A stretch of 24,000 nucleotides of DNA from Verrucomicrobiota bacterium JB024 (GTDB lineage: Bacteria; Verrucomicrobiota; Verrucomicrobiia; Opitutales; Cerasicoccaceae), in the NCBI GenBank assembly GCA_030673825.1, contig JAUTCS010000092.1, positions 48,954-72,953 on the forward strand, given 5' to 3'. Of the stretch, positions 22,693 to 24,000 are shown one piece after another. The position numbers and the translations under genes were made by a program. The notes beneath the pieces are model-generated. The model was not told where the DNA came from and made no database searches. It was given only the letters and a program-made list of their open reading frames with translations. Within the stretch, counting starts at the first letter, position 1. Each line of letters begins with the position of its first letter.

Positions 22693-24000
22693 TCAAGGTT
22701 TTTGGCGGCTACGACGATCCAGCAGGCGGGCCAGCATCCAGAGCGCAGTGACTCCGAGGGCGAGTCCGGCCCAGCCGGGCAGCCCCAGTCCGAGCGGGAG
22801 AAACCCCAGCAGCAGCGCCGTGCCGGCGGCAGTGAGCGCGTAGGGCATTTGCGTGCGCACGTGGACCTCGGGGCGGACGCCGGTAGAAATAGAGCTGACC
22901 AGCGTGGTGTCGCTGATGGGCGAGCAGTGGTCCCCGAAGACCGCGCCGCTGAAGACCGCCCCAACCACGGCGGGCATGAGCGCTCCGGGCGCGCCGCCGG
23001 TCAGCTCGAAGGCGACGGGGATGGACAGCGGCATGAGGATACCCATCGTCCCCCATGAGGTGCCGGTACTGAAGGAAATCGCCGCTCCGGCCAGAAATAC
23101 CGCGCCCGGCAACAGCCACACGGGGAGGTCGCCCCCGAGCAGTCCTGCTATAACCTGGGCGGTGCCGAGCGCTTGCATAGCCCCACCCAGCAACCACGCG
23201 CCGATCAGCACGAGGGTTGGGGCGAACAGCGCCGCCGCGCCTCCGGCAAAGGTCCGCAGCCGCTCGGCGGGGCGGATGGCGCGGGGCATCATAAGCGCGG
23301 CGACGGTTGCGGCCAGCAGGCTGCACACGACGAGCACGCTTGCCGCGTCGGCCTGCCCGAAGGCTTCGGAAATCCCACGCCAGCTCAGGGGCCAGAGTTG
23401 CTCCGCTCCGCTGAGATAAAGCCCGATCAGGAGCGAGCCGATGAGCACGCCGAGCGGGATGAGGGCGTTGCGGATAGAGCCGGGCGGAGTGGCGTCGCCG
23501 GAGGGGTTATCAAGGGGAGCGGCGGGGGTGGCGGCTTCGGCGGCGCGCATGGGGCCGAGGTTGAGGTTGCGGTGGATGGCCAGCGCCAGCAGCACGAGCG
23601 TGAACCAGCAGTAGTAGTTGACCGGGATGGAGGCGAAGAACAGCCCGTAGGCATCAACGGGCTGGCCGACCTGATCGAAGCCCTCGCGGATCATGGCGAG
23701 CTGGTAGGCGATCCAGGTCGAAACCACCGCGAGGCAGGCGACCGCCGAGCTGGTGCTGTCCACCAGGTAAGCCAGCCGCGGGCCGGAGAGGCCGACCTTC
23801 GCGGCGGGGGTGCGCATCAGGCGGCCCACGAGCATGGAGTTGGCCAGGCCGTCGAAAAAGCACACCAGCCCCAGCAGGTACGCGGCCCACTGTACGCGGC
23901 GTTTTTCGTCGCCGGTCGAGTTTTGCATGAATCGGCGCAGCAGGGCGCTGAGCCCGCCGCCGCGCTCGATGAGGGCGGCGGTCCCGCCGAGGATGAGCGT
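22693..24000 (-). CDS. NhaC-family Na+/H+ antiporter-like membrane transporter; the 5' end lies outside the window
   Basis: FFDGLANSMLVGRLMRTPAAKVGLSGPRLAYLVDSTSSAVACLAVVSTWIAYQL matches the NhaC-type C-terminal domain pattern. The track starts it at Met 23928, but hand translation of 23929..24000 stays in frame with no stop (TLILGGTAALIERGGGLSALLRRF-MQNS). The gene therefore continues past the edge. Confidence 0.85.
   Translation of the reverse strand, partial: TLILGGTAALIERGGGLSALLRRFMQNSTGDEKRRVQWAAYLLGLVCFFDGLANSMLVGRLMRTPAAKVGLSGPRLAYLVDSTSSAVACLAVVSTWIAYQLAMIREGFDQVGQPVDAYGLFFASIPVNYYCWFTLVLLALAIHRNLNLGPMRAAEAATPAAPLDNPSGDATPPGSIRNALIPLGVLIGSLLIGLYLSGAEQLWPLSWRGISEAFGQADAASVLVVCSLLAATVAALMMPRAIRPAERLRTFAGGAAALFAPTLVLIGAWLLGGAMQALGTAQVIAGLLGGDLPVWLLPGAVFLAGAAISFSTGTSWGTMGILMPLSIPVAFELTGGAPGALMPAVVGAVFSGAVFGDHCSPISDTTLVSSISTGVRPEVHVRTQMPYALTAAGTALLLGFLPLGLGLPGWAGLALGVTALWMLARLLDRRSRQKP

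Overview
This is 24 kb of GC-rich bacterial chromosome. Hand-counted 60-nt samples give about 67% GC in core genes. I call 22 protein-coding genes, two of them running off the window edges, and see no rRNA, tRNA or CRISPR array. All family names come from motif recognition in the supplied translations; no database search was run. Housekeeping genes (hflX, ppdK, tatC) are interleaved with envelope and accessory genes. These include a NarL-type response regulator, a LolA-like protein and an MMPL/RND transporter with a C-terminal cyclic-nucleotide-binding domain, all on the minus strand. There is also a low-GC pair of orphan exported proteins, and a small low-GC GxxExxY (PD-(D/E)XK-like) gene flanked by 36-nt inverted repeats between ppdK and hflX. 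A secreted protein carries thioester-domain-like Cys/Gln motifs and a PEP-CTERM-class anchor. A stand-alone PAS protein has a 4-Cys insert. The rest are an SGNH hydrolase, a YecH-like protein, an outer-membrane beta-barrel, a receiver protein with a coiled-coil tail, a start-less TPR membrane protein and an NhaC-type antiporter. The best candidate for an undescribed system is the tightly coupled + strand operon at 17144..21035. It encodes a DinB-like protein, an NRDE/TANGO2-like Cys2 protein, and one 878-aa polypeptide fusing an intact alpha/beta-hydrolase, a DedA/VTT-like membrane module and an ATP-grasp ligase. A second recurring oddity is Lys/Ala-rich histone-H1-like N-terminal tails, on a CBM-like protein (1..392) and on pyruvate phosphate dikinase. 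The gene content hints at a Verrucomicrobiota/PVC-like organism, but that is inference only. The many long antisense ORFs in the track are GC-driven shadows and were rejected.
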